Translations under genes and position numbers: made by a program
In this document: one piece after another, positions 7,326 to 16,378 of the stretch
Layout of the letters: each line of letters starts with the position of its first letter
Numbering within the stretch: position 1 is the first letter of the stretch
The notes under the pieces: model-generated
What the model saw: the letters and a program-made list of their open reading frames with translations, nothing else
The model's database searches: none
Told to the model about the DNA's origin: nothing
Assembly: GCA_037956075.1 (NCBI GenBank)
Contig: CP138327.1
Span: 1,308,296-1,372,295 of the forward strand
DNA from: Catillopecten margaritatus gill symbiont
GTDB taxonomy: Bacteria > Pseudomonadota > Gammaproteobacteria > PS1 > Pseudothioglobaceae
DNA length: 64,000 nucleotides
Direction: 5' to 3'

Positions 7326-7952
7326 ATGAGAAAAACACCGCTTGTTAACCAATGCTATTACCACATCTATAATCGTGGTAACAATAGAAGGGATGTATTC
7401 CTAGATGAAAATGATTTGCAATATTTTTTAGATGCATTAAAACTCTTTAACCATACAGAGTCACTTGGATATTCTGGTCAATATCGGAGAAAAAATCCGC
7501 AAGAAGTTGAAAAAATAGTTAGCCTGGTAGCCTACGCATTAAACCCCAATCACTTCCATTTACTGCTAATGCAAAATGTTGACAATGGTATTTCAAAATT
7601 TATGCAAAAGTTAAGTACAGGTTACACCATGTTCTTTAATAAAAAATACCAAAGTAGTGGCGCGCTATTTCAAGGAAGATTTAAGTCTGTATTAGTTGAG
7701 GATGACAGCTATCTGGACCATCTATCGGCCTATATCAATCTAAATCATAAAGTGCACTATATAGTAATTGATGAAAAATATAGAAGCAGCTTCTTGGAGT
7801 ATGTAAGAGGTTCAACCTCTTACACGGATATGTGTGATAAGGATATTATTTTGGATAGGTTTTCAGCTGAAGAGTATCAAATTTTTGCCGAAAATTCGGT
7901 TAAATCAACTTTGAACCTAAGGGGTCTTCAAGATGATATATTGATGGAGTGA
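7326..7952 (+). CDS. REP-associated tyrosine transposase (IS200-like TnpA / RAYT)
   Basis: 208 aa. YHIYNRGNNRRDVF N-terminus, HUH motif NPNHFHLLL, catalytic-Tyr context SAYINLNHK. Flanked by inverted REPs. Confidence 0.8.
   Translation: MRKTPLVNQCYYHIYNRGNNRRDVFLDENDLQYFLDALKLFNHTESLGYSGQYRRKNPQEVEKIVSLVAYALNPNHFHLLLMQNVDNGISKFMQKLSTGYTMFFNKKYQSSGALFQGRFKSVLVEDDSYLDHLSAYINLNHKVHYIVIDEKYRSSFLEYVRGSTSYTDMCDKDIILDRFSAEEYQIFAENSVKSTLNLRGLQDDILME
7802..7824. repeat. REP palindrome inside the RAYT coding sequence
   Basis: TGTAAGAGGTTCAACCTCTTACA, translated in-frame as VRGSTSY. Confidence 0.9.
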
Positions 7953-7953
7953 A

Positions 7954-7976
7954 TGTAAGAGGTTGAACCTCTTACA
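7954..7976. repeat. REP palindrome in opposite orientation (central G)
   Basis: TGTAAGAGGTTGAACCTCTTACA, starting 2 nt after the RAYT stop codon. Confidence 0.9.
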
Positions 7977-7991
7977 TTTAGGTATAAAAAT

Positions 7992-8702
7992 ATGACACAG
8001 TTTCTTTTTCCAAATAATGTTAAATTCCTTTCAACTTTGCGATATTTGGAGGGTGGAGTGAGTGTTGAGGGTTATGGAAATTTTAACCTTGCCACACATA
8101 CGGGTGATAATCTTGATGCAGTTACGCATAATCGTGCACTATTATTACAACATTTTAATTTACCTGGTGTGCCAAAATGGTTAAATCAAACCCATTCTGA
8201 TATTTGCGTAGATGCACAATCACATGACTGCGAAGGTGACGCGATGGTTACTTGTGAAAAAAATGTGGTTTGTGCGGTGGTGACGGCGGATTGTTTGCCA
8301 ATTTTTGCGTCCAATAAGGCAGGTACACAAGTAGGTGTGGCGCATGCAGGTTGGCAGGGGATTTTGAATGGGGTAATCGAGTCATTTGTCCAGTCTTTTG
8401 ATGATAGAGACTTGTTAATACATTTTGGTCCGGCAATTTCAGCGAAGAATTTAGAAGTGGGTGTAGAGGTGTTCGAGCAGTTTGTCGCTAAGGACGAAAA
8501 ACTCGGTAAGGCGTTTATTCCAAAAGGTGAGAAGTACTACTTAGATATTTATCAAGTGGCATGTATTATTCTTAATGGTTTGGGCGTTAGGCTCATTACA
8601 GGTGGTGATAAATGCACTGTTGATCAAAGTAATAAGTATTTTTCCTATCGCCGAGATGGGGCTAATTCAGGGAGGATGGCACACTTAATCTGGATAGTTT
8701 GA
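7992..8702 (+). CDS. pgeF: peptidoglycan editing factor / purine nucleoside phosphorylase YfiH family
   Basis: 236 aa. TADCLPI and VAHAGWQG motifs. Conserved rluD-yfiH neighbourhood. Confidence 0.85.
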   Translation: MTQFLFPNNVKFLSTLRYLEGGVSVEGYGNFNLATHTGDNLDAVTHNRALLLQHFNLPGVPKWLNQTHSDICVDAQSHDCEGDAMVTCEKNVVCAVVTADCLPIFASNKAGTQVGVAHAGWQGILNGVIESFVQSFDDRDLLIHFGPAISAKNLEVGVEVFEQFVAKDEKLGKAFIPKGEKYYLDIYQVACIILNGLGVRLITGGDKCTVDQSNKYFSYRRDGANSGRMAHLIWIV

Positions 8703-8844
8703 GTAGTGAAAAGCCAACTAACTAAGTAATGAAATAACTACTAAGTCACTTACCAATGGTCAGTCCAACCGATGTTTATGTAAGTTACGACAAACGACAT
8801 AACGATGCTAACTCTTAAATGTGCTCTTTTTCTATATTATTTTT

Positions 8845-10419
8845 TTAAACTTCAACAATTTTTTTAGCTGTACCAAAGTCAGTCTTCCCAGAGCCAAGTT
8901 TTGGAATTTCATCAACTTTAATAATCTTGGATGGGTGCATTAAGGCGCTAATATTATCGGCTAATAATGCCTTTTTAATATCTTCCATTTGAATATCTTC
9001 GGTTACCAGCAACACGATTTTTTCACCCTTTTTTGCATCACTAACAACAACGGATAGCAACTCCATTTCAGCGTTATGCATTGAATGTTGGATTTGCTCT
9101 TCAAGAGCGCTAAGGCTAACCATTTCCCCACCAATTTTGGCAAAACGAGAATAACGGTCAACGATGGTTAAGAATCCGTCATTATCAAGGTGTCCTTTAT
9201 CACCTGTGTTATACCAACGAATGCCATTAATCATAGTAATAACCTGACGGGTTTTATCAGGCTGTTTTAAGTAACCTTTCATTACTTGTGGACCACCAAT
9301 TAAAATCAAACCATCTTCTTCGATGGGTAACTCTTTTAATGTGTCAATATCTACAATCTTATATTGCGTGTCTGTAAGTGGCTTACCTACAGTGCCAGAT
9401 TTATTGGCAGCAGGAGTGTTGATACCGGCGGCTGGGGAAGTCTCTGTCGCGCCATAGCCCTGATAAATAGTTTTGTTAAATTTTTTCTGAAAATCTTCAG
9501 CCGTTTCTTGTTTGAGTTTTTCCGCACCTGATACGACCAATCTAAGGCTGGATAACATCTGTGGCTTGATTCTTTTATTGAGGCTATACATTCGTAGAAA
9601 AGTAGGTGTGCCAATCAAGATACTGCCTTTAAATTTTTCAATACCTTTGGCAATAGCAACGACATCAGTAGGATCGGGGTGGCAGGCAATCGGTACACCC
9701 TCTGCTAAAGGCATTAGTGTGGTTGCCAAAAACCCAAATGAATGAAAGGTTGGCAAGGTGGACATCATCACATCTTTGCCAGGTTGTGTGTTAAGCACAA
9801 TAGCAGCTTGTCTGGCGTTGGCGCTTAGATTATTGTGACTGAGTTCAATGCCTTTTGGCGAACCCTCGGAACCTGATGAGAACAAAATGGCAGCGGTATC
9901 ATTGCCATCAACCTTGTTAAAGAGAAATTTTTCAATACTTTTGGCACTGAGTATTTTAGACAAAAATAAGAATTTAATTTTTTTCAAGATGGAGATGCTT
10001 TCTTTAACCTCTTCAAGATAAATGATATTAAGATTTGGAAAAAAATTAATAATATCAATTTTCTTTTCTAGTAGTTTTATAACTAATTTTTTGGATGTGT
10101 AAAGTGTTTTTAGATCTGCTTGTTGTGCTGCATCTTGCAAAGATTTTTTACCTGCAGTAAAATTAAGATTGACCGCAGTCTTACCTAAGGACAATACCGA
10201 CATTGTGGTAATAGCGCCGCCTGTACTGGAAGGCACCATCAGCCCGATATTTTGCTCTGGGCTGGTTTTTTTAATCACATCAGCAAATAACAACACACCG
10301 ATTAAGAATTTATCTCGTTCTATTTTGATGCCTGTGGAGATATCACACGAGGCATAATCACCCTTTTGTTTGGCATGTTGTAGCCAGCTAATATGAACAG
10401 GTTTTAGTATTTTTTGCAT
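8845..10419 (-). CDS. AMP-dependent synthetase/ligase (Aas-like acyl-ACP/acyl-CoA synthetase domain)
   Basis: 524 aa. AMP-binding signature SSGSEGSPKGIELSH and a C-terminal GKTD motif. Confidence 0.75.
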   Translation of the reverse strand: MQKILKPVHISWLQHAKQKGDYASCDISTGIKIERDKFLIGVLLFADVIKKTSPEQNIGLMVPSSTGGAITTMSVLSLGKTAVNLNFTAGKKSLQDAAQQADLKTLYTSKKLVIKLLEKKIDIINFFPNLNIIYLEEVKESISILKKIKFLFLSKILSAKSIEKFLFNKVDGNDTAAILFSSGSEGSPKGIELSHNNLSANARQAAIVLNTQPGKDVMMSTLPTFHSFGFLATTLMPLAEGVPIACHPDPTDVVAIAKGIEKFKGSILIGTPTFLRMYSLNKRIKPQMLSSLRLVVSGAEKLKQETAEDFQKKFNKTIYQGYGATETSPAAGINTPAANKSGTVGKPLTDTQYKIVDIDTLKELPIEEDGLILIGGPQVMKGYLKQPDKTRQVITMINGIRWYNTGDKGHLDNDGFLTIVDRYSRFAKIGGEMVSLSALEEQIQHSMHNAEMELLSVVVSDAKKGEKIVLLVTEDIQMEDIKKALLADNISALMHPSKIIKVDEIPKLGSGKTDFGTAKKIVEV

Positions 10420-10835
10420 TATTCACTCCTCTGCTTTTCTTTACCACTGATGCTGAAATCCATTTCTTTGGTTGTGGAATTTAGGTGGTAGTAATGTAAG
10501 GCTTTTTGTTTGCGTTGTTTTTGTTGAACGACGCAGCCGACGACTTCAAATTCATCTTTGAGTTCTATTTCATCATGTTGGGTGTTAAGAGGGATTAAGA
10601 GTTTATTTGCACCACGCTCGATGTATTGGCGGAAGTATAGTTCACCGTTGTAACGCACGATGACATAGGCACGGGGGTGAATTTTCATACCTGGGTCGAT
10701 GATTAAAATGCAGTTTTCGCTGAATTCAGGCTCCATATAAGTGCCTAAATTTTGCAGGGCAAAGGGCTCTGAGTTGGTGCTACAACTACTGTCTAGCATT
10801 TCTTGTGGGGTGCTTATGTCTGACATGATGGGCAA
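10419..10835 (-). CDS. S24/LexA-like beta-fold protein lacking the canonical catalytic Ser (product uncertain)
   Basis: 138 aa. GTYMEPEF...ILIIDPG...YVIVRYNGELYFRQY...VVGCVV follows the S24 pattern, but GDSMEP is replaced by GTYMEP. TAATG overlap with the ligase gene; 22-nt overlap with mutM (or an internal Met start). Confidence 0.4.
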   Translation of the reverse strand: MPIMSDISTPQEMLDSSCSTNSEPFALQNLGTYMEPEFSENCILIIDPGMKIHPRAYVIVRYNGELYFRQYIERGANKLLIPLNTQHDEIELKDEFEVVGCVVQQKQRKQKALHYYHLNSTTKEMDFSISGKEKQRSE

Positions 10836-11623
10836 TAAAAAGTGGCGCGTTGGTTTTGGGTAATACGGGTTATTTTACAGTTACATTGGGTACATTTTTC
10901 GTTTTTACACCCATACACAGATAAAGTTTGTGCGAAATAGCCAGGTTGCCCGTCTACAGAGGAAAAATCTTGTAGAGTTGTGCCACCTGCTTTGATGGCC
11001 TGGGTGAGGATGTTTTTAATGCATTCGGTCAGTAAGGCGTAGCGTTTTTTGCTGATGCTGCCTGCTTTGCGTTCGGGGTTGATGCCTGCACAGAATAGAC
11101 TTTCGCAGGCATAAATATTGCCGACACCGACCACGATTTTGCTGTCCATAATGAAGGCTTTGATGTTTTGTTGTTTTTTGCGAGATTTGGCGTGTAAAAA
11201 GTCTTCGTTAAATAACGCTTCCAAAGGTTCAACACCTAAACCGTCTAATAAGGGGTGGGTGTTGTCGGTGGAAAATAGTACAGCACCAAAACGGCGTGGG
11301 TCGTTTAAACGCATAGATTTTCCATTGCTAAAAGATAATTCAAAATGGTCATGTTTTTTCAGAGGTACATTGCTGTCCACGACTTTAATCGAGCCACTCA
11401 TTCCCAGATGGATGATCAGCGTGCCGATTTCAAAATGAATTAATAGATATTTGCCACGCCTTGAAATACTATTTACTACTTGATTGGCAAGGGTTGTCGG
11501 TAGATGTTTGGGGATGTCCCAGCGTAAATTATCTCGGTATAAAATTGCCTTTTCAGCGATTTGATCGACAATTAAAGGCTCAAGTCCGCGTTTGGTAGTT
11601 TCAACTTCGGGTAATTCTGGCAT
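10814..11623 (-). CDS. mutM: formamidopyrimidine-DNA glycosylase
   Basis: MPELPEVET N-terminus. C-terminal zinc finger CxxC...CPSCQ. Confidence 0.95.
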   Translation of the reverse strand: MPELPEVETTKRGLEPLIVDQIAEKAILYRDNLRWDIPKHLPTTLANQVVNSISRRGKYLLIHFEIGTLIIHLGMSGSIKVVDSNVPLKKHDHFELSFSNGKSMRLNDPRRFGAVLFSTDNTHPLLDGLGVEPLEALFNEDFLHAKSRKKQQNIKAFIMDSKIVVGVGNIYACESLFCAGINPERKAGSISKKRYALLTECIKNILTQAIKAGGTTLQDFSSVDGQPGYFAQTLSVYGCKNEKCTQCNCKITRITQNQRATFYCPSCQT

Positions 11624-11667
11624 AGAGTTTTGCGTATAATTTTATGGCTATATTTTAAGGTGTATTA

Positions 11668-12909
11668 ATGATGAAAGAAGAGGTAGTTTTTAGTGGTTTA
11701 TTAATGTTGATTTCATTGGTTGTGATTTTTTTATTATCGCGACCAATATTAAGAAATAATGAAAAATGGCAGGCAATGCTGACACCGCTGTCATCCATTG
11801 TTGGCAGTGGTTTTTTAATTATGGCACCGTTGTTGGCAAGTATTGTTGGTAAACTTTCACCGCTTGCTGTTTTGGGTATTGTCTTACTGGCGTATGGCAT
11901 TGGGCATGTGATTCGATTTAATATTAAACACATTGAGCCACGAATTAACAATGACACACTTTCTAAAAGAGCCAAAGAAATTGAATACATTGGTAATGTT
12001 GTTTTGGTATTGGCTTATATGGTGGCAGTGGCTTTTTACCTATCCTTATTGTCTTCTTTTTCGCTAAATTATCTCGGTATTGAGAATATTATTTACGAAC
12101 GCTGGATGACAACAGGCATTATTATTTTTATTGCAGTAGTGGGGTATATCAAAGGTTTGAGCGGTTTAGAAAAGCTAGAATCGTTGTCAATGACGGTGCA
12201 ATTGTCTATTGTGGTGGCGTTGTTGATTGGTTTGGGCGTGTTTGGAATGAATTTTTTGGCAGCGGGTGAAACGCTTGAATTTGTGCATCAACAAAGACCA
12301 ATTTCCACACAAATACAGATGTTGGCGGGTGCTTTGTTGGTAGTGCAAGGATTTGAAACTTCACGATTTATTGGTGAAAAATATTCTACAGAAGTGCGAG
12401 TTACGAGTATGCGCAATGCACAAATAATTTCGGGTATTTTGTATGTGGTGTCGGTGATTTTATTTATGCCAATTGTGCAAGAGATGAATTTAATGCATAT
12501 TGAATTAGCAGATATTATTGCTGCTACAGGTTCAGCGGCATTAATATTGCCTTTGATGTTGATGGTGGCCGCGGTAATGAGTCAATTTAGTGCGGCAATT
12601 GCCGATACGGGCGGCGCAGGTGGGCTTTTAAATGAAAATAGTAACCAGCGTTTATCGACCAAAATGAGCTATGTGGGTGTTTCAGTTTGTGCAATTTTGT
12701 TGGTTTGGAGTGTTGATTTATTGGAAATTATTGCCTTGGCTTCCAAAGCATTTGCGACTTATTATTTATCACAAACCCTGTTGGCATTGTATTATTGCCA
12801 TCAAGACTGCCCGATTGAATCAAGACTGACACTGGTGAATAAGATTCTATATATAGTTATCTCTATTATTTTACTGTATGTTATTTTCTTTGCTATACCC
12901 GCGGAATAA
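11668..12909 (+). CDS. polytopic membrane protein, putative transporter (family not recognised)
   Basis: 413 aa with about 11-12 hydrophobic segments. Confidence 0.5.
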   Translation: MMKEEVVFSGLLMLISLVVIFLLSRPILRNNEKWQAMLTPLSSIVGSGFLIMAPLLASIVGKLSPLAVLGIVLLAYGIGHVIRFNIKHIEPRINNDTLSKRAKEIEYIGNVVLVLAYMVAVAFYLSLLSSFSLNYLGIENIIYERWMTTGIIIFIAVVGYIKGLSGLEKLESLSMTVQLSIVVALLIGLGVFGMNFLAAGETLEFVHQQRPISTQIQMLAGALLVVQGFETSRFIGEKYSTEVRVTSMRNAQIISGILYVVSVILFMPIVQEMNLMHIELADIIAATGSAALILPLMLMVAAVMSQFSAAIADTGGAGGLLNENSNQRLSTKMSYVGVSVCAILLVWSVDLLEIIALASKAFATYYLSQTLLALYYCHQDCPIESRLTLVNKILYIVISIILLYVIFFAIPAE

Positions 12910-12973
12910 AATTAACTGCAAATGAGTAAATAACCCATTATAATAGTCAACCTTTAACAATAAGGAGAAAAGT

Positions 12974-13552
12974 ATGTTTAATCGTATTAATTTAGTTCAG
13001 TGCAAAATTGCACTTGGTTTTGTTGGCGCTGCGCTTGTGGCTTATTTCACGGGCATTGAGTCCCATTACGCAATGACAGTAGCATTACATGTACTGGCAG
13101 GTATTGTTTGGATTGGTTTGCTTTATTACTTCAACTTTGTTCAAGTGCCAGGTATGGGTCAAGCTTTAGCAGACACAGATGGACCAGGTCCAGCAGCGAT
13201 TGGCAAGTACATTGCACCAAGAGCATTGCTTTGGTTCCGTATGGCGGCAGCGACAACTTGGTTAATCGGTTTATCATTATTGGCACAAAGCGGTGGTGCT
13301 GGCATGGCGGGTATTCACTTGGCATTTACTTTAGCGCCAGGTTATGAAGTTATTGGTGTCGGCACATGGATGGGTACAATCATGGCATTCAATGTATGGT
13401 TCATTATCTGGCCAAATCAGCAAAAGATTTTGGGCATGAAAGAAGCAACAGCAGAAGAAATTGCAACAGCGAAGAAAAGAGCAGCATTGGCTTCTTCGAT
13501 TAATGTTATTTTGTCAATTCCTATGTTATTGACTATGATTGCATGGCATTAA
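12974..13552 (+). CDS. integral membrane protein (function unknown)
   Basis: 192 aa with 4-5 hydrophobic helices. A strong terminator follows. Confidence 0.5.
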   Translation: MFNRINLVQCKIALGFVGAALVAYFTGIESHYAMTVALHVLAGIVWIGLLYYFNFVQVPGMGQALADTDGPGPAAIGKYIAPRALLWFRMAAATTWLIGLSLLAQSGGAGMAGIHLAFTLAPGYEVIGVGTWMGTIMAFNVWFIIWPNQQKILGMKEATAEEIATAKKRAALASSINVILSIPMLLTMIAWH

Positions 13553-13568
13553 GATAAGTTCTGATTGA

Positions 13569-13601
13569 AAAAAAACCGAGATTTATTCTCGGTTTTTTTT
13601 T
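13569..13601 (+). terminator. rho-independent terminator
   Basis: AAAAAAAACCGAG-ATTTATT-CTCGGTTTTTTTTT. Confidence 0.8.
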
Positions 13602-13633
13602 GCTTACTGCATACTGATATTTCCTTTACTCTC

Positions 13634-13743
13634 TGCCATTCTGAGCGTTAGCCGAGAAATCTTATTTTCAACAAAAGGTTTCTCCACTTTGTTCGAAATG
13701 ACATAGTACCTCTCTGTTATTCTGAGTGTAGCCAAAAGGACCT
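13634..13743. repeat. degenerate copy of the TGTCAT-core palindromic element
   Basis: TGCCATTCTGAGCGTTAGCCGAGAAATCT ... GTTCGAAATGACA ... TGTTATTCTGAGTGTAGCCAAAAGGACCT. Confidence 0.6.
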
Positions 13744-13783
13744 CCCCCCATTCATATAAGATACCTTGTATAATTTACCACTT

Positions 13784-14431
13784 ATGTCAAAAAGAAACCC
13801 CAAACTCAAAGTCAGCGGTGCAGATGCCCAATCTTTTCTACAAGGACAATTGTCAAACGATATTGACAAGATTGTTGAGGGTGCGTGGCAATTGAATGCT
13901 TATTGTCAGCATCAAGGACGCATTATTGCGTTGATGTGGGTGGGTAAGCAGGGTGATGATTTCTTGTTGGATTTTGCGATGGATTTATATGAGGTGGTAA
14001 AAAATCGGTTGACGATGTTTGCTTTAAATGCAGACATTATTTTTACCCAAATTGAGGCGCAAACAGCGTCTATTGAAGCAGCACAGGTTACTTTAGCAAC
14101 GACTGAAAAATTCATCCCACAGGATTTAAATCTTGACATTGATGAAGTGGGTGTGAGTTTTACCAAAGGTTGTTACCCTGGGCAAGAGGTGGTAGCACGG
14201 GTGCATTATCTCGGCAAGCCGAAGAAAAGATTGTATCAATTTACCTGTGATTTTGAAGTGTTGCCACTTGATAAGATAACCTTGGAAGATGAGACAAAAA
14301 CAGTCGGAACGGTGCTAAATCAGGTAAAATCTTGTTTCTTTGCAGTTGTGAAAATTGCTGAAAAAGAACAAGATTTTTTTATTAACAACAAGCCAATTAA
14401 ATTGCTTGAATTGGCTAATTTTTCAGATTAA
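13784..14431 (+). CDS. ygfZ: folate-binding tRNA-modification protein YgfZ
   Basis: KGCYPGQE signature. Start taken at ATG 13784 (the track ORF begins at TTG 13766). Confidence 0.8.
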   Translation: MSKRNPKLKVSGADAQSFLQGQLSNDIDKIVEGAWQLNAYCQHQGRIIALMWVGKQGDDFLLDFAMDLYEVVKNRLTMFALNADIIFTQIEAQTASIEAAQVTLATTEKFIPQDLNLDIDEVGVSFTKGCYPGQEVVARVHYLGKPKKRLYQFTCDFEVLPLDKITLEDETKTVGTVLNQVKSCFFAVVKIAEKEQDFFINNKPIKLLELANFSD

Positions 14432-14436
14432 ATACA

Positions 14437-15789
14437 ATGAAACTAACTAAAATATTGGCATTCTTGCCATTGCTTCTCCCTGCTTTTGCTTTTGCCAGCG
14501 GTAATACAGAAAAAACCCTTGATTTAACTAGCCATTGGGTTGGTTATATGGCATTAGTCTTATTTGTTGCGGCTTATATTTTGGCAATGGTGGAAGAATT
14601 TACCTGCTTTAGAAAGTCTAAGCCAGTCATTTTAAGTGCGGGACTTATTTGGGCAATGGCTGCTTGGGTGTATGCTTCACAAGGAATGCCACATACGGCT
14701 GAAGTGGCACTACGACACAACCTATTAGAATATTCTGAATTATTCTTATTCTTATTGGTGGCAATGACCTATATCGAAGTAATGAAGGAGCGCCAAGTTT
14801 TTGATGCATTAAAAGTTTGGTTGACCAACAAAGGACTGTCATTCAGGCAACTATTCTGGCTAACGGGCTTTTTGGCGTTTTTCATCTCACCTGTTGCTGA
14901 TAATTTAACCACCGCCTTGATTATGGGTGCAGTGGTGATGGCGATTGGTGGTAATAATGTGCGTTTTGTTTCTATTGCCTTTGTTAATATCGTTGTTGCT
15001 GCTAATGCAGGCGGTGCGTTCAGTCCATTTGGTGATATTACTACACTGATGGTTTGGCAAAAAGGCATTATTGAAACTTCTGAATTTCTCACCCTATTTG
15101 TCCCATCGTTGATTAATTTTGTTGTGCCAGCAGCGATTATGCATTTTGCAATTAAGAACGAATCGATTAAGATGGAACAGGAAGTGGTTTCTATTAAATT
15201 GGGTGGAATGTGGGTTGTATTCTTGTTTATTGTAACGATTGCTACAGCGGTAGCCTTTCATAACTTCTTACATTTACCGCCAGTGATGGGGATGATGACA
15301 GGGCTTAGTTATTTGATGATTGCATCGTTCTTTATTAATAAGCATCAAAAGGGTGAATTTGATATTTTCCAAAAAGTATCTAGGGCGGAATGGGATACTT
15401 TATTGTTCTTTTTTGGTGTGATTATGAGTGTTGGCGGCTTAGGTTTTATGGGCTATTTAGCGCTTGCTTCCGAGTCAATGTATTCTATACTCGGGCACAC
15501 TAACGCTAATATTTTGGTTGGTGTTTTATCGGCGATTGTTGATAACATTCCGGTGATGTTTGCAGTATTAACAATGAACCCTGAAATGAGCCAAGGTCAA
15601 TGGTTGTTAGTCACCTTGACTGCAGGTGTGGGCGGTAGTTTACTGTCTGTTGGTTCTGCGGCAGGTGTGGCGTTAATGGGGCAGTCAAAAGGGCTTTACA
15701 CCTTTGTATCGCACCTAAAATGGACACCTGTTATTGCCCTCGGATATGCCGCCAGTATTTATACGCACATTCTAATTAATGGCGTCTAA
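14437..15789 (+). CDS. nhaD: Na+/H+ antiporter NhaD family
   Basis: 450 aa polytopic protein. ANAGGAFSPFGDITTLMVWQ is typical of NhaD. Confidence 0.75.
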   Translation: MKLTKILAFLPLLLPAFAFASGNTEKTLDLTSHWVGYMALVLFVAAYILAMVEEFTCFRKSKPVILSAGLIWAMAAWVYASQGMPHTAEVALRHNLLEYSELFLFLLVAMTYIEVMKERQVFDALKVWLTNKGLSFRQLFWLTGFLAFFISPVADNLTTALIMGAVVMAIGGNNVRFVSIAFVNIVVAANAGGAFSPFGDITTLMVWQKGIIETSEFLTLFVPSLINFVVPAAIMHFAIKNESIKMEQEVVSIKLGGMWVVFLFIVTIATAVAFHNFLHLPPVMGMMTGLSYLMIASFFINKHQKGEFDIFQKVSRAEWDTLLFFFGVIMSVGGLGFMGYLALASESMYSILGHTNANILVGVLSAIVDNIPVMFAVLTMNPEMSQGQWLLVTLTAGVGGSLLSVGSAAGVALMGQSKGLYTFVSHLKWTPVIALGYAASIYTHILINGV

Positions 15790-16378
15790 TCTGTTTGTTG
15801 ATATTGGCAGTAGCACCGTTAGTTGGGAGATTGATGGCAATTACCAAAGTATTCATATTGAAGATTTTCAAAGTGACGCAATACCTCCACACCAAGCCAG
15901 CACCATTGCCTGTGTGGCAAATCACCAACTGATTGAGCATTTTAGCAACCCAACGATTGTCCAACCTAAACCTCTTGCAGGCATCGTTTTTGGTTATAAT
16001 TTGGAACAATTGGGTATTGATCGGTTTTTAGGATTGGTAGCAGGGTTTGAAAAATATCCTGAACACTCTTTTATGGTGATTGATGTTGGTACTTTTGTTA
16101 CCATTGACAGCGTGCAAAATGGCAAGCATATTGATGGTGGTATTGCCCCTGGTTTGTATCAATTACAAGCGGGCAAAAAATTTACTGGTAACGACAGTCA
16201 AAAGTCGTGGAAAATGGGGACTGAAAATATGTTGCGTGATTATATTGATAGGCGCACTGCTAATTTTAAGGGTAAGATTTTGGTTACTGGTGGTGGGCAG
16301 GAAATAACCCATATAGAGCAAGGTGAATATCACCAAAATTTAGTCATAGAAGGATTGAGAATAATAAATGAACAATAG
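15779..16378 (+). CDS. coaX: type III pantothenate kinase
   Basis: LFVDIGSST ... GIDRFLGLVAG ... VIDVGTFVTID ... GGIAPG motifs. Short (199 aa). Confidence 0.7.
   Translation: MASNLFVDIGSSTVSWEIDGNYQSIHIEDFQSDAIPPHQASTIACVANHQLIEHFSNPTIVQPKPLAGIVFGYNLEQLGIDRFLGLVAGFEKYPEHSFMVIDVGTFVTIDSVQNGKHIDGGIAPGLYQLQAGKKFTGNDSQKSWKMGTENMLRDYIDRRTANFKGKILVTGGGQEITHIEQGEYHQNLVIEGLRIINEQ

Noticed and set aside
8248-8436. Antisense 62-aa ORF in pgeF, and similar short antisense ORFs in ileS, proS, dnaK, typA and the RND gene
   Set aside because: All are embedded opposite strongly supported genes. They are treated as noise.
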